The translations under genes were made by a program, and so were the position numbers. A stretch of DNA of 64,000 nucleotides from Candidatus Micrarchaeota archaeon (GTDB lineage: Archaea > Micrarchaeota > Micrarchaeia > Micrarchaeales > Micrarchaeaceae): positions 51,295-115,294 of the forward strand of contig DAHWIF010000011.1 in the NCBI GenBank assembly GCA_027345565.1, in the 5' to 3' direction. Each line of letters begins with the position of its first letter. Position 1 is the stretch's first letter. The notes below the pieces were generated by a model. The model was not told the DNA's origin. It worked only from the letters and a program-made list of their open reading frames with translations, and ran no database searches. Positions 63,688 through 64,000 of this stretch are shown one piece after another.

Positions 63688-64000
63688 TCATTGATACGTG
63701 TGTCCATTTTTCATATAGCTCTTCGCTCCTTTCTCAGACACGCTGGCGATACTGGGAACGAACCCGGCATTTTTCATGGCATCTACGATTTCTTCAGTAT
63801 TGTTTCCTATTGCAATAGCAATCCCTCCACCGCCGCCTCCGCTCAACTTCACGCCGAAGGCTCCAATGCTTTTTCCGATTTCAACTGCTTTATCCAGCGC
63901 CGGGCTTGAAACATCTAATTTCCTTAGGCAATCATGGTCCTCATACATGAGAGCACCGAGGGATTTGAAACGCCCATCTTTTAGTGCTGCAAGCCCCATC
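63688..64000 (-). CDS. mvk: GHMP kinase C-terminus, probable mevalonate kinase (partial)
   Basis: H..LRKLDVSSPALD and GAFGVKLSGGGGGG; near other mevalonate genes. Confidence 0.7.
   Translation of the reverse strand, partial: MGLAALKDGRFKSLGALMYEDHDCLRKLDVSSPALDKAVEIGKSIGAFGVKLSGGGGGGIAIAIGNNTEEIVDAMKNAGFVPSIASVSEKGAKSYMKNGHTYQ

Noticed and set aside
63670-63689. 8-bp perfect hairpin GATTCTAT-CTGC-ATAGAATC at the kinase stop
   Set aside because: A single AT-rich hairpin with no U-tract on the coding strand; insufficient to call a terminator

Overview
Core chromosomal region of an archaeon, most likely a DPANN member of the Micrarchaeota (ARMAN-like). This placement is inferred from a ~385-aa multi-unit tRNA-splicing endonuclease, a tRNA-Ile with a UAU anticodon, bacterial-type gyrase and MetK, and ERG8-like mevalonate enzymes. 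The window is densely coding. It holds replication/repair genes (PCNA, primase large subunit, GINS, RadA, GyrBA, Lhr, Mre11, SSB), a split S10-like r-protein operon running into aglB, a malic enzyme-frdA-anchor-frdB-fumarase operon, nuoA-D, thermosome, glycosylation genes and classical mevalonate-pathway genes. RNA genes are a stand-alone 5S rRNA and six tRNAs, two with introns. No CRISPR array, transposase or integrase was seen. The most unusual signals are: (1) a complex II-like system whose Fe-S subunit is fused to a 2-TM anchor and whose anchors appear to lack heme ligands; (2) a PriL whose Fe-S domain is replaced by a PriX-like domain; (3) an ORB-like inverted repeat around an AT-rich core next to GINS (candidate origin); (4) an unexplained structured RNA upstream of radA; (5) structured leaders on the thermosome and r-protein genes; (6) two small Cys-rich genes missed by the ORF track. 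All family calls come from motif recognition by eye; no database searches were run.
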